From: Candidatus Doudnabacteria bacterium
GTDB lineage: Bacteria; Patescibacteriota; Doudnabacteria; UBA920; VMFF01
Assembly: GCA_028286905.1 (NCBI GenBank)
Contig: JAQBQP010000002.1
Span: 56,971 to 120,970 of the forward strand
Direction of reading: 5' to 3'
Length of the DNA stretch: 64,000 nt
Shown here: in pieces, positions 10,643 to 19,721 of the stretch
Layout: every line of letters starts with the position of its first letter
Numbering within the stretch: position 1 is the first letter of the stretch
Made by a program: the position numbers and the translations under genes
Notes under the pieces: generated by a model
What the model was told of the DNA's origin: nothing
The model's database searches: none
Seen by the model: only the letters and a program-made list of their open reading frames with translations

Positions 10643-12037
10643 ATGCAATCAAATAAGAATCGAATAAACCTGAAGCATTTAGCGGTGGTCGCAGTAATCA
10701 CTTCGATGCTTTTTAATAATGCTTATGCTATTGCCGACACTGTTCCTACTGCAACTTCTGTTGCAGATCCCGCTATCCCGGTTCCAGATCCCAACGCCGG
10801 CCCTTCTAAAGCTGAATTGCAGAAGCAATTGGATGATATAGAAAATCAGATCGCTGGATACGAACAACAACTTCAAGGAACTCTGGCACAAAAAAATACT
10901 TTAGCAAATAAAGTCAAAAGTTTAAAAACGGAACAGCAAAAACTAACCTTGCAAATTCAAAGTACAAACTTGTTGGTGGGTGATTTAGCGAATCAAATTA
11001 AAACAACTGAAGATTCAATAATAGCGGCTCAGCTTAAAAGTGACCAATTAAAAGATGACATTGCCGGAACTATATTTACACTCTATCAAAATGATGAGAA
11101 GTCCCTAGCTTCTGCACTTGCTGGCGATAACGGACTGTCCGGATATTTTCAGGAAATAGATAGTACTCAGAAAATTTCCCAAGGATTATCAGTTAGTTTA
11201 GATCAGATGAAAAAGTTAAAAACTGATTTAGAAGCGAACAGTACGAAGCTTGAAGGACAGAAACAAGATGCTCAAGATTTACTTGGGATTAAAGCCCTGC
11301 AATCTCAAGATCTAGTTTCTAAAGTAACTGAGCAAAGCTCTTTATTATCTGACACCAAAGGCCAGGAAAGCCAATATAACGCCATAATAAATGATAGCAA
11401 GAAAAAAGCCGCACAAATTAGAAACCAGCTTTATGATTTAACGGGAGTTACGAAACAAGTCACTTTTGGAGAGGCGTTGGATATCGCAAGCACAGTTTCT
11501 AAAGAAACTGGTGTGCGCGCAGCACTTTTATTAGCGATTCTAACTCAAGAAACTAATCTTGGCAAAAATGTTGGAACCTGTAACAGAGCTGGCGATCCTC
11601 CCGAAAAGAGCTGGAAAGTTGTGATGAAACCAAATCGCGATCAAGAGCCGTTCGTAACAATTACTAATGACCTTGGGCTTGATACCGACACCACTCCGGT
11701 TTCTTGTCCGATGCATGATAGCAAAGGCAATCAAGTTGGTTGGGGCGGGGCAATGGGTCCAGCACAATTTATTCCCTCAACTTGGATGAGCCATAAAGAT
11801 GATGTCGCGGCAGTAACAGGGCATCCAGCAAATCCTTGGGATATTAACGATGCCTTTGTGGCTTCAGCGTTGTTGTTAAAGGTAAATGGCGCCGCTAGCG
11901 GAGGAACTGATGCCGAATGGAAAGCAGCGATGCGTTATTTTTCCGGCGGAACAAATGTAAAATATCGTTTTTATGGTGACAATGTCCTGGCTTTGGCTAA
12001 TAAGTACCAGGCAAATATAGATGCTTTAAATCAATAA
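10643..12037 (+). CDS. Secreted coiled-coil protein with C-terminal lytic transglycosylase domain
   Basis: Signal peptide, long coiled coil, ILTQETNLG, GAMGPAQFIPSTW, NPWD. Confidence 0.88.
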   Translation: MQSNKNRINLKHLAVVAVITSMLFNNAYAIADTVPTATSVADPAIPVPDPNAGPSKAELQKQLDDIENQIAGYEQQLQGTLAQKNTLANKVKSLKTEQQKLTLQIQSTNLLVGDLANQIKTTEDSIIAAQLKSDQLKDDIAGTIFTLYQNDEKSLASALAGDNGLSGYFQEIDSTQKISQGLSVSLDQMKKLKTDLEANSTKLEGQKQDAQDLLGIKALQSQDLVSKVTEQSSLLSDTKGQESQYNAIINDSKKKAAQIRNQLYDLTGVTKQVTFGEALDIASTVSKETGVRAALLLAILTQETNLGKNVGTCNRAGDPPEKSWKVVMKPNRDQEPFVTITNDLGLDTDTTPVSCPMHDSKGNQVGWGGAMGPAQFIPSTWMSHKDDVAAVTGHPANPWDINDAFVASALLLKVNGAASGGTDAEWKAAMRYFSGGTNVKYRFYGDNVLALANKYQANIDALNQ

Positions 12038-12199
12038 AAAACTTTGGAAAAAGCTGTTAGCAATTATTAGGCATTTAGGTTAAAAATCTAGTGCCTAATT
12101 TAATTTTTAATGTCTTTTATTCCACTATTGTTATTTGGGCCAGTTTATATAATTAAAATGTCTTCATAGAAGACGTGGAATTAAAGAAAGGAAAAATAT

Positions 12200-12298
12200 A
12201 TGTTATATGACAACCAAAATGATCGAAGCAATAACAATGGCTCAAGCTCCGATTCAGACTCGAGCAAAAAGTCTCAATCTGGTGATAGCACCAGATAA
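12200..12298 (+). CDS. Putative 32-aa hydrophilic small protein (not in ORF track)
   Basis: AAAGGA SD upstream of ATG; MLYDNQNDRSNNNGSSSDSDSSKKSQSGDSTR; terminator at ~12319-12347. Confidence 0.45.
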   Translation: MLYDNQNDRSNNNGSSSDSDSSKKSQSGDSTR

Positions 12299-12318
12299 GC
12301 AGAGCAAATGAGGGAGTC

Positions 12319-12347
12319 AAAAAGCGGTTACTTAAACCGCTTTTTTG
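12319..12347 (+). terminator. Intrinsic terminator
   Basis: AAAAAGCGGTT...AACCGCTTTTTT. Confidence 0.75.
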
Positions 12348-12354
12348 CTATATA

Positions 12355-13098
12355 ATGAATATTATGAATAAGTTATTGAAGTATATTCGCTATATTATAA
12401 TCATTTTTAGCGTTGTGCTGGCGATAGTTATTAAAATTTTAGTGCAACGTAGCCTACCTCTGGAAAGCCTTTCAGATATTCGCTTGGGTGAAATTTATGC
12501 CTTAGTCACTTTAATTTACTTATACCTAACGTTATTAGTAAGTCCGTTATATTTTAATTTTCCTCAAACCCCTTTTCGCGCGCTTTATGTTAAGGCTAGA
12601 AGATCGTTAGGGGTGTCAGTTTTTTTATTTGCCGCATTACATTCCTATTATGAGTTTTTTAAATTGCTAGGAGGCCTTTCCGGACTGCAATTTTTAAGCG
12701 GTAAGTATTTATTTGCGACAATTCTTGGAATTATAGATATTACAGTTTTGGCGCTGCTGGCTTCGACTTCGTTTAATTATGCTGTAAAAAAGCTTGGTAA
12801 AAAATGGAAAATGCTGCACCGGATGGTTTATTTAGCTGGCATTTTTATTATAATTCACGCTTTAATATTAGGCACCCATTTTATTAATCTATCGAACGCG
12901 ATTCCGACAATATTTTTTATCGCTTTAATTGTTTTAATGGTTTTGGAAGCATTTAGGTTTGGGAAGTATATTTCAGGACATTTTCCTAAGTTATCTGAAC
13001 AAACCGCTAGTTATTTAACAGCAACGATATTTTTAGCAGCAATTATTTATTTGTATCTTTATGTGGGCAGCGGAATCGCAGGCCATCATATACACTAA
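12355..13098 (+). CDS. MsrQ/YedZ-like ferric reductase transmembrane protein (start may be 12364)
   Basis: RRSLGV, LASTS, WKMLHRMVY heme-b His motif; C-terminal GHHIH. Confidence 0.88.
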   Translation: MNIMNKLLKYIRYIIIIFSVVLAIVIKILVQRSLPLESLSDIRLGEIYALVTLIYLYLTLLVSPLYFNFPQTPFRALYVKARRSLGVSVFLFAALHSYYEFFKLLGGLSGLQFLSGKYLFATILGIIDITVLALLASTSFNYAVKKLGKKWKMLHRMVYLAGIFIIIHALILGTHFINLSNAIPTIFFIALIVLMVLEAFRFGKYISGHFPKLSEQTASYLTATIFLAAIIYLYLYVGSGIAGHHIH

Positions 13099-13100
13099 TT

Positions 13101-13940
13101 ATGAAAAAAATTGGTTTAAAATTTTTGCTAGCATTTAGCACCATTGTGGTTGGTGTTTTTGCACTGATGCCGGTTGCTAATGCACATGTTTTAAAAAGCG
13201 ATGGGGAGGTTGGCGCCGTGCTGCATATCGATCCCGACGACGATCCGATTGCAAATGAACCAGCAGCTTTTTATTTTGCAATTAAAGACACTTCGGGTAA
13301 ATTTGACCCAAGCAAATGCGACTGCCACTTTATTGTTACAAAAGATCAGCAAACCGTTTTTGATAAGCCGATTAGTATCATAAAACAATCAGGCGAATGG
13401 GATGGCATAATTGGTTATACCTTCACCGATCGGGCGATCTACTCGGTTCTTTTAAAAGGTACTCCGAAAACAACGAATGCTTTTCAACCGTTTAACTTAG
13501 ATTATGATATTCGAGTTTCGCGCACTGCTAACGCGACAGCTCCTGGAACTTCAAATAGCTCTTCCACACAAATTCATTTGGTGCATTTCGTTTTATTCGG
13601 CATTGCCTTTATTGCAATTTTTTATATTATTTGGGATGAGAAAAGAAAAGGACGCAAGACCTCAAAAAGGCCTGATCAAATTATTAAAAGCCTTATAATA
13701 GTATTAGCGCTAAGTTCTTTTGTCTTTCATTCCTCAGGTTTGCATTGCTCTGCCAGTCAAAATTCTAGCCAACTTCCTTGCTGTGCAGTAGCGCCAACAG
13801 GAATTATTGTTAAAAGCGTTACGGTTGAACCGGTCGAAATAGTTTGGCGTAGTGAGTTAGTACAATCAAATTTTGAATCAATTCAAGTTGATAATAAGGT
13901 TAGCAACAAGTCGCCGCCACTTCAGACGCAAGTATTCTAA
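13101..13940 (+). CDS. Exported membrane-anchored protein with N-terminal His and Cys-rich KSPP tail
   Basis: Signal ANA|H, beta-rich domain, two TM segments, HC...CC...NKSPP. Confidence 0.7.
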   Translation: MKKIGLKFLLAFSTIVVGVFALMPVANAHVLKSDGEVGAVLHIDPDDDPIANEPAAFYFAIKDTSGKFDPSKCDCHFIVTKDQQTVFDKPISIIKQSGEWDGIIGYTFTDRAIYSVLLKGTPKTTNAFQPFNLDYDIRVSRTANATAPGTSNSSSTQIHLVHFVLFGIAFIAIFYIIWDEKRKGRKTSKRPDQIIKSLIIVLALSSFVFHSSGLHCSASQNSSQLPCCAVAPTGIIVKSVTVEPVEIVWRSELVQSNFESIQVDNKVSNKSPPLQTQVF

Positions 13941-13965
13941 AGCTAACTTATTATTATATTCAAAT

Positions 13966-14604
13966 ATGAAAAAAACTATTTTCGCAGCTCTTTTAATAGC
14001 TGTCTCTTCTCTTGGCGGAATTAAATTCGCGTCTGCCCATGCGGTGGTTTCTCCCAATCAAGCGAATATTGGCGAGTTTACTAATTTCAGTCTGGGAGTG
14101 CCAAGTGAAAGGGCTTCAGCTACAGTTTCGGTACGTTTGCTAATGCCCGCTGGTTTGAATTACGTAACTCCTTTTGTTAAGCCCGGGTGGAAGATTGAAG
14201 TAAAGAAAAATGGCGATCAAGTTCAGGAAATAGATTGGACGGGTGGGGCAATACCTACAGAAGAAAAAGATCAATTTATGTTCAGCGCTCAAATACCAAC
14301 TACCGCCGGAACTTTGCAATGGAAAGTTTACCAAACCTACCAAGATGGTACGGTGATCTCATGGGACCAAGACCCAAGCGCTGCTCAGTCTAAGGATGCT
14401 TCTGGAAAAACGGATTTCTCTAAAGTCGGACCTTATTCTAAAACTGAAATCGTAAATGATTTAGCAAATGGTTCTATCGCTCCTGGCGCTGCCACGAGCT
14501 CCGATACTAGCGCAGCTAGCTTAAAAAAAGCGAATTTTGCTGCAACGATTAGTATCGTAGCATTAGTATTTGCGATTTGGGCCTTACGAAAGAAGAACGT
14601 TTAA
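13966..14604 (+). CDS. YcnI/DUF1775 copper-binding membrane protein
   Basis: ASA|HAVVSP, VPSER, KPGWK, WTGG, QTYQDG..SW, C-terminal TM. Confidence 0.9.
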   Translation: MKKTIFAALLIAVSSLGGIKFASAHAVVSPNQANIGEFTNFSLGVPSERASATVSVRLLMPAGLNYVTPFVKPGWKIEVKKNGDQVQEIDWTGGAIPTEEKDQFMFSAQIPTTAGTLQWKVYQTYQDGTVISWDQDPSAAQSKDASGKTDFSKVGPYSKTEIVNDLANGSIAPGAATSSDTSAASLKKANFAATISIVALVFAIWALRKKNV

Positions 14605-14606
14605 GC

Positions 14607-14637
14607 TATTGACCGTTTGGCTTAAGGTCAATAAAAT
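14607..14637 (+). promoter_or_regulatory. Sigma70 promoter overlapped by an inverted repeat
   Basis: TTGACC-N17-TAAAAT; TATTGACC-N11-GGTCAATA. Confidence 0.55.
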
Positions 14638-14664
14638 ACATAAGCAGTTATTAAGGAACATCTC

Positions 14665-16353
14665 ATGCCAGAAGAACAACCAACAGAAATACCAGTACAG
14701 CAAATATCTCCAGAAATCCCTCAGGAACATGGTTTTAAAAAATGGGAACCTTTGATGGTTCTAAGCCTCGCTTTATTTATAATCGTTTTGGATGCAACTC
14801 TTTTAAACGTTTCAATCTCGGTGCTGATAAAAGATTTGCATACTAATACCCGTGGCATTCAGTGGGTGATTACGGCATACGCCTTGGTGCTTGCTGCTTT
14901 CACTATTACCGGGGGCCGAATCGGCGATTTAGTTGGTCGGAAAAAAATGTTTATGGTCGGTGCAGCAATTTTTGCACTCGGCTCATTTATCGCGTCTATC
15001 AGTAATAACCTTGGTACAATGATTGCCGGTGAAGCGATAATTGAAGGTTTAGGCGCAGCATTAATGCTGCCTGCGACATCTTCACTTTTGGTTTCAACTT
15101 ATCGGGGTAAAGATCGTGCGATTGCTTTTGGTGTTTGGGGAGGCTTCGCAGCAGCCGGATCTGCGGTTGGCCCTTTGTTGGGCGGCTGGCTAACTACAAA
15201 TTATTCATGGCGTTGGGGATTCAGAATAAATGTGATTGTGGTAATTATTTTATTGCTCGGCTCTTTCTTAATTAAAGAATCGTATGATGATAAAGAAAAG
15301 AAGCAATTCGATTTCATGGGAGTTTTGTTATCAGCCGGTGGTTTGCTTGCTATTGTCTACGGAGTAATTGAATCGACAAGTTATGGCTGGTGGAAAGCAA
15401 AAGAACTACTTAGTATTGGGAGCACTCAGCTGGATTTTGGCGGTTTGTCTTTTACCCCAATTATAATTGCGGTTGGAATTATTTTCTTAATTCTTTTTGC
15501 AATTTGGGAAATCGCGCATGAAGGTGAAGGAAAAACTCCTCTAGTCTCGATGGGAATGTTTAAAAACAGACAATTTCTTTCAGGAGCGATGACCGCGGGC
15601 GTGCTTTCGCTAAGCCAAGCAGGAATAATATTCGTTTTGCCTGTTTTCTTGCAGTCAGTTATTGGATTAGATGCTTTCCATACCGGCATTGCCTTAATTC
15701 CGATCTCAGTTACAGTTTTGTTTGCTGCACCGCTTGCCGGTGTTTTAAGCAGAAAAATTCCTGCAAAGTATATAATTCAGGTAGGAATGCTGATTAACTT
15801 AGCTTCTTTGATAATCGTTCGCCAAACCTTGACCCCCGATTTACACGCTAGTCATCTTATTCCCGGCTTAGCTTTATTTGGTCTGGGAATGGGCTTGGTG
15901 ATGGGTCCAATTAATAACCTAACCTTGTCTTCAATGCCAGTTTGGAAAGCAGGAGAAGCTTCTGGCGTTACAAATACAATGCGACAAGTAGGACAGTCTT
16001 TTGGCGCTGCCATCATTGGCGCGGTATTGATCACAGCAATCGTTAGTAACTTGCAAGGTGGTATCCAAAATAGCAACGTTATTCCTGCTCAGGCAAAAGC
16101 TAGTATTATTACAGCCGTAGCTAACCCTGGCACCGACATTGAATTTGGCGGAGCGTCTAAAGTTTCGGTAAAACTGTCTCCTGAAGTTGCCGCCGAGATA
16201 ACAACAATAAGCAAAAAAGCCACCACTGATGCAAATCGTGAGGCTTTGCTTTATGCCAGCATCTTTTCTTTGTTAGGTTTCTTAGTTTCGTTTGGATTGC
16301 CAAACGTTAGAGATTTGGAGAAGAATCAGCATACTGCTGCGGCAGGACACTAA
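14665..16353 (+). CDS. MFS transporter, DHA2 (EmrB/QacA) family
   Basis: LDATLLNV, GRIGDLVGRKK, GPLLGGWL, WRWGFRIN; ~14 TM. Confidence 0.93.
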   Translation: MPEEQPTEIPVQQISPEIPQEHGFKKWEPLMVLSLALFIIVLDATLLNVSISVLIKDLHTNTRGIQWVITAYALVLAAFTITGGRIGDLVGRKKMFMVGAAIFALGSFIASISNNLGTMIAGEAIIEGLGAALMLPATSSLLVSTYRGKDRAIAFGVWGGFAAAGSAVGPLLGGWLTTNYSWRWGFRINVIVVIILLLGSFLIKESYDDKEKKQFDFMGVLLSAGGLLAIVYGVIESTSYGWWKAKELLSIGSTQLDFGGLSFTPIIIAVGIIFLILFAIWEIAHEGEGKTPLVSMGMFKNRQFLSGAMTAGVLSLSQAGIIFVLPVFLQSVIGLDAFHTGIALIPISVTVLFAAPLAGVLSRKIPAKYIIQVGMLINLASLIIVRQTLTPDLHASHLIPGLALFGLGMGLVMGPINNLTLSSMPVWKAGEASGVTNTMRQVGQSFGAAIIGAVLITAIVSNLQGGIQNSNVIPAQAKASIITAVANPGTDIEFGGASKVSVKLSPEVAAEITTISKKATTDANREALLYASIFSLLGFLVSFGLPNVRDLEKNQHTAAAGH

Positions 16354-17125
16354 TCGAATCTTTTGCTGAGTATTCGCCAATTTTGGTTCGTACTAAACTG
16401 AGCAAAATTGCTTTATTATCTAAATCTTTCCCAAGTTGATCGGCGATAGAGCGTATATAAGCGCCGCTCCCACAATCTACTTCAACAACCGCTATTTGTA
16501 GCGGTTGTTTTATTTTTGTAAAAATTTCTGACCAATTGGATTTAATTTGATCTTGTCTAAAATTACCAGAGACCGCTTCGATCATCTCAAAAATAGTTTC
16601 TTTAACCCGCGTGGAATCTTCGCTTTCAAATTTAATCAGCTGTGCTTTTGTAATTTTGAAAGCTCTTTTAGGAATTGCTATTTGATCTAATTTATTTTCT
16701 TGAGCCCATTTAAATAGAGGTTTGCCCTGAACTGGGACAGAAGAGTATCCTGGAAGTGTAAATTGTTTATCTCCAATATACGATTGTAAAATCTTTTGAA
16801 CTTTTTCTGCTTGGATAGAAGGCCTTGGTTCGGTTTTAGTTAAACCTAAAGCGTCATAAGTATCACTTTCAAAACCGAAAAGTATTTTGGCAACATAACT
16901 TTTATTCAGACTTAAAATTAGTGCTTTGTTCTTTATTTGTTCGCCGCTAAGCAAAAGCAAAACCCCTTCTGCCGCAGGGTCTAATCGGCCGGCATAGGTC
17001 ATAGGTTTTAAAATAGATCCTGGATCCGATTTTTTCAGTTGTTGTTGAAAAGCTCGAAGTGCTTGAAGCGGGGTCCAGCCCAAAGGCTTGTATATATTAA
17101 AGATTTCTTTGTTTGAGTCAGGCAT
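16307..17125 (-). CDS. truB: tRNA pseudouridine synthase B-like protein
   Basis: YKPLGWTP, YAGRLDPAAEGVL, CGSGAYIRS, LVRTKIG. Confidence 0.85.
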   Translation of the reverse strand: MPDSNKEIFNIYKPLGWTPLQALRAFQQQLKKSDPGSILKPMTYAGRLDPAAEGVLLLLSGEQIKNKALILSLNKSYVAKILFGFESDTYDALGLTKTEPRPSIQAEKVQKILQSYIGDKQFTLPGYSSVPVQGKPLFKWAQENKLDQIAIPKRAFKITKAQLIKFESEDSTRVKETIFEMIEAVSGNFRQDQIKSNWSEIFTKIKQPLQIAVVEVDCGSGAYIRSIADQLGKDLDNKAILLSLVRTKIGEYSAKDSISVLPQQYADSSPNL

Positions 17126-17236
17126 TACTCAATTTTAGCATAACTTACTAATCCAAGTAGATATCAGCCCACCACAGAGCATTTTTGACGTTTTAAAGCA
17201 GTTTCTGGGGCGGTTTGACTTTGGTATACCCTCGAG

Positions 17237-17836
17237 TTAATTTGTTTTTACAAGCGAAGCATAAACCACTAAATTTTGTGAATAATGCTTTTCAAGTATA
17301 TTGTATTTTCCGGCACAGGTAATTAAACGAAGTCCAGGATAATTTACATTTCCATAAACTTTATCGCTGGGAAAACTATCTTGTGAAAACACTTCTAGCG
17401 AGTCCACTTTGAATATTGCCTTACTGCCATCTTCGCGAGTAATTTCGATGTGGTCATTTGCTTTAATATCTTTTAACTTGTAGAACACCGCTGCAGATAT
17501 TGCCGAATCTAAGTGCCCAACCATTACAGCAGGTCCTACTTCTCCAGGAGTTGGGGACCGATCATACCAACCCACATCGCTGTAAGTTTTTGGGACTTCC
17601 AGACTGTTGTCTTTGTTTAGGTCGACGTTTATTACTGGAGCATCTACTTTAATAGATGATATTTTAATTTGTTTCGGTTTGGAGGCAGGAAGAGAATAAA
17701 CTGTTTGAGCCGTTATTGCAGCAGGAATATTTTCAAAAGGCGTTACGGGTTCTTGACGCCAAAGTTGGCGGAATGTAATTATTCCGCCAACGATCAGTGC
17801 TAATGCAGCCAAGGTTAATCCAATTTTTGCTTTCAT
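17237..17836 (-). CDS. Class F sortase
   Basis: N-terminal TM, VGWY..SPTPGEVG, VGHLD, LRLITC. Confidence 0.9.
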   Translation of the reverse strand: MKAKIGLTLAALALIVGGIITFRQLWRQEPVTPFENIPAAITAQTVYSLPASKPKQIKISSIKVDAPVINVDLNKDNSLEVPKTYSDVGWYDRSPTPGEVGPAVMVGHLDSAISAAVFYKLKDIKANDHIEITREDGSKAIFKVDSLEVFSQDSFPSDKVYGNVNYPGLRLITCAGKYNILEKHYSQNLVVYASLVKTN

Positions 17837-17838
17837 TT

Positions 17839-18960
17839 TTAATTAAGGTTGTTTTGTCGAGCTTCTTTAGTTACAGATAGTAAGCCGATTGCCAACGCAC
17901 CAGTGAGTAAGAAAAATAATCCAATTGAGCTAAGATCTGCGGTGCCGCCATTTCCAGCATTTACTCCTCCGACTGGAGTCGTTGTCACGCCCGCGATGCT
18001 ACCAGCGGGTAAGCTAGTAGGGTCTGTGGTTGCAGCCGCTGAATTTAAAGTTGCATTGGTGGTGGAAGATCCGCCGTTGTTATTGCAAGTTGCGATGATG
18101 TTTGCAGATCCTGCGGTTAGTGAAGATGGTAGAGTGAAGTTTGAGGAATAAGCGCCGTTGCTAGCACTAGTCGCGGAACCAAGGTTTGTTGTTATGCCGT
18201 TTTGATTAACGGTGAAACTCACGCTGCTGCTTGCAGTGGGACAGACTCCAGAGATATTAACTGCGCCATTAAGAGTTGGGTTTGTTGGAGACAAGGCTAG
18301 ATTTATTAAAGAGGGATCACCGATTACTGCAAGAGTGCTAACAGTTTGTCCGTTTCCACAGTTTGCAGTCAAGGTTGCTAAACCTGCAGGGGTATTTGCG
18401 GGCAACAAAATGTTAGAAGTAAAGGCAGCGTTCGCTCCATTTGCCACAGCTGTTGCTGGTAAGGAAGTGATTGTTCCGCTTCTGTTTAGTGTAAAAGTTA
18501 CGGTATTACCGTTGTTACTAGCACCGCAAATGCCGCTGGCGGCAACTGTACCATTTAGAGCTGCTAGAGGGGTATTAAAAGTAATCATATCGGTGGATGG
18601 CGCCAAGACGTTTATCGCAGATGAAAACGTTGAGCCATTTGGACAGGTGGCTACTAATGTTGTAGGGCCAGTAGCGTATGAATTTGGAATGCTTAAATTA
18701 GTGCTAAAAGTATTATTGGAATTTGCGGTACTAGCATTTGTGCTCAACGGTGTTGAAACAGAATTGCTATTCAGCAAAGAAAAAGTAACGTTTCCTGCTG
18801 TTGAGCATGAGCCAGATAGGCCAAAAGTACCGTTTCCTTGAACGGGAGTGCCAGTTAAGGTTAAGTCTCCAACAGCTGCATGTGTTGCCGGAGCGATAAA
18901 AATTACCATCGCAATTGCCAATAATCCGGCCAGGACTTTGGAATGAATTTTTTTAGACAT
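17839..18960 (-). CDS. Secreted repeat surface protein, probable sortase substrate
   Basis: Signal peptide, three ~90-aa repeats with paired Cys, PVGGVNAG plus TM tail; adjacent to the sortase. Confidence 0.8.
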   Translation of the reverse strand: MSKKIHSKVLAGLLAIAMVIFIAPATHAAVGDLTLTGTPVQGNGTFGLSGSCSTAGNVTFSLLNSNSVSTPLSTNASTANSNNTFSTNLSIPNSYATGPTTLVATCPNGSTFSSAINVLAPSTDMITFNTPLAALNGTVAASGICGASNNGNTVTFTLNRSGTITSLPATAVANGANAAFTSNILLPANTPAGLATLTANCGNGQTVSTLAVIGDPSLINLALSPTNPTLNGAVNISGVCPTASSSVSFTVNQNGITTNLGSATSASNGAYSSNFTLPSSLTAGSANIIATCNNNGGSSTTNATLNSAAATTDPTSLPAGSIAGVTTTPVGGVNAGNGGTADLSSIGLFFLLTGALAIGLLSVTKEARQNNLN

Positions 18961-19052
18961 ATGATCCTTTCACTTACATACTTAGTTATTTATGTAAGTT
19001 AAAGGTATCGGTTTTAATATTTTGGCGAAATGTATATCCTGAACAAAAATAT

Positions 19053-19721
19053 TTAGTCGAATTGACTGATTTTTGTTAAAAGCATTATGCCATTGTCTTT
19101 ATCTAGTTTTTCAAAGCTAAATTGCTGGTTTGTTTCGATTTTCTCAAAAAAATTCTTTAATAAATTCGCATGGGTGTTAATATTATCAATCACAATAACC
19201 CCGCCTGATTTTAAAAGCGGGTAGAGTAGATCTAAATATTCAACGTAATCCCTTTTAAATGCGTCCAAAAAAACGAAATCAATTTGCTTGGATTCATTGA
19301 AAGATAAGCTGTTCCATTCTTGTAAAACAACTTTTGCATCGTAATCTAATAAGGTCACAAAATTTTCTACCGCAGCGCTTTTGAAATTAATTTTTGCCAT
19401 TTCAATCCGAGCGGTATTTATTTCTGTGGCAAAAATTTTTGCATCAAATTGTTCCGCCGCTAACGCCATCCATAAAGTTGAATAGCCAACTGAACTGCCC
19501 ACTTCAAATATCGTTTTAGGCTTAAGTTCTAAAATGAGTTCAGATAAAAATTTTCCAGTTGAGCGAGGGATTGAAGCAAACTTAGTTTTTAAACCCCAGT
19601 CATGGCTAATGTTAGCCGTCTCCCAATCTTCGTTTTGTTGCCAAACCCTTTCGGTTTTTTCAATTTCTTCAATGGTTTTTAAAATCTTATCTTTCACCGA
19701 TTTGTTGTCTCCACATCGCAT
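19053..19721 (-). CDS. O-methyltransferase (SAM-dependent; start uncertain)
   Basis: FEVGSSVGYST, DFVFLDAFK, GGVIVIDN. Confidence 0.9.
   Translation of the reverse strand: MRCGDNKSVKDKILKTIEEIEKTERVWQQNEDWETANISHDWGLKTKFASIPRSTGKFLSELILELKPKTIFEVGSSVGYSTLWMALAAEQFDAKIFATEINTARIEMAKINFKSAAVENFVTLLDYDAKVVLQEWNSLSFNESKQIDFVFLDAFKRDYVEYLDLLYPLLKSGGVIVIDNINTHANLLKNFFEKIETNQQFSFEKLDKDNGIMLLTKISQFD

Noticed and set aside
18212-18841. 209-aa plus-strand ORF (and 17849-18151)
   Set aside because: Antisense shadow of the low-complexity surface protein
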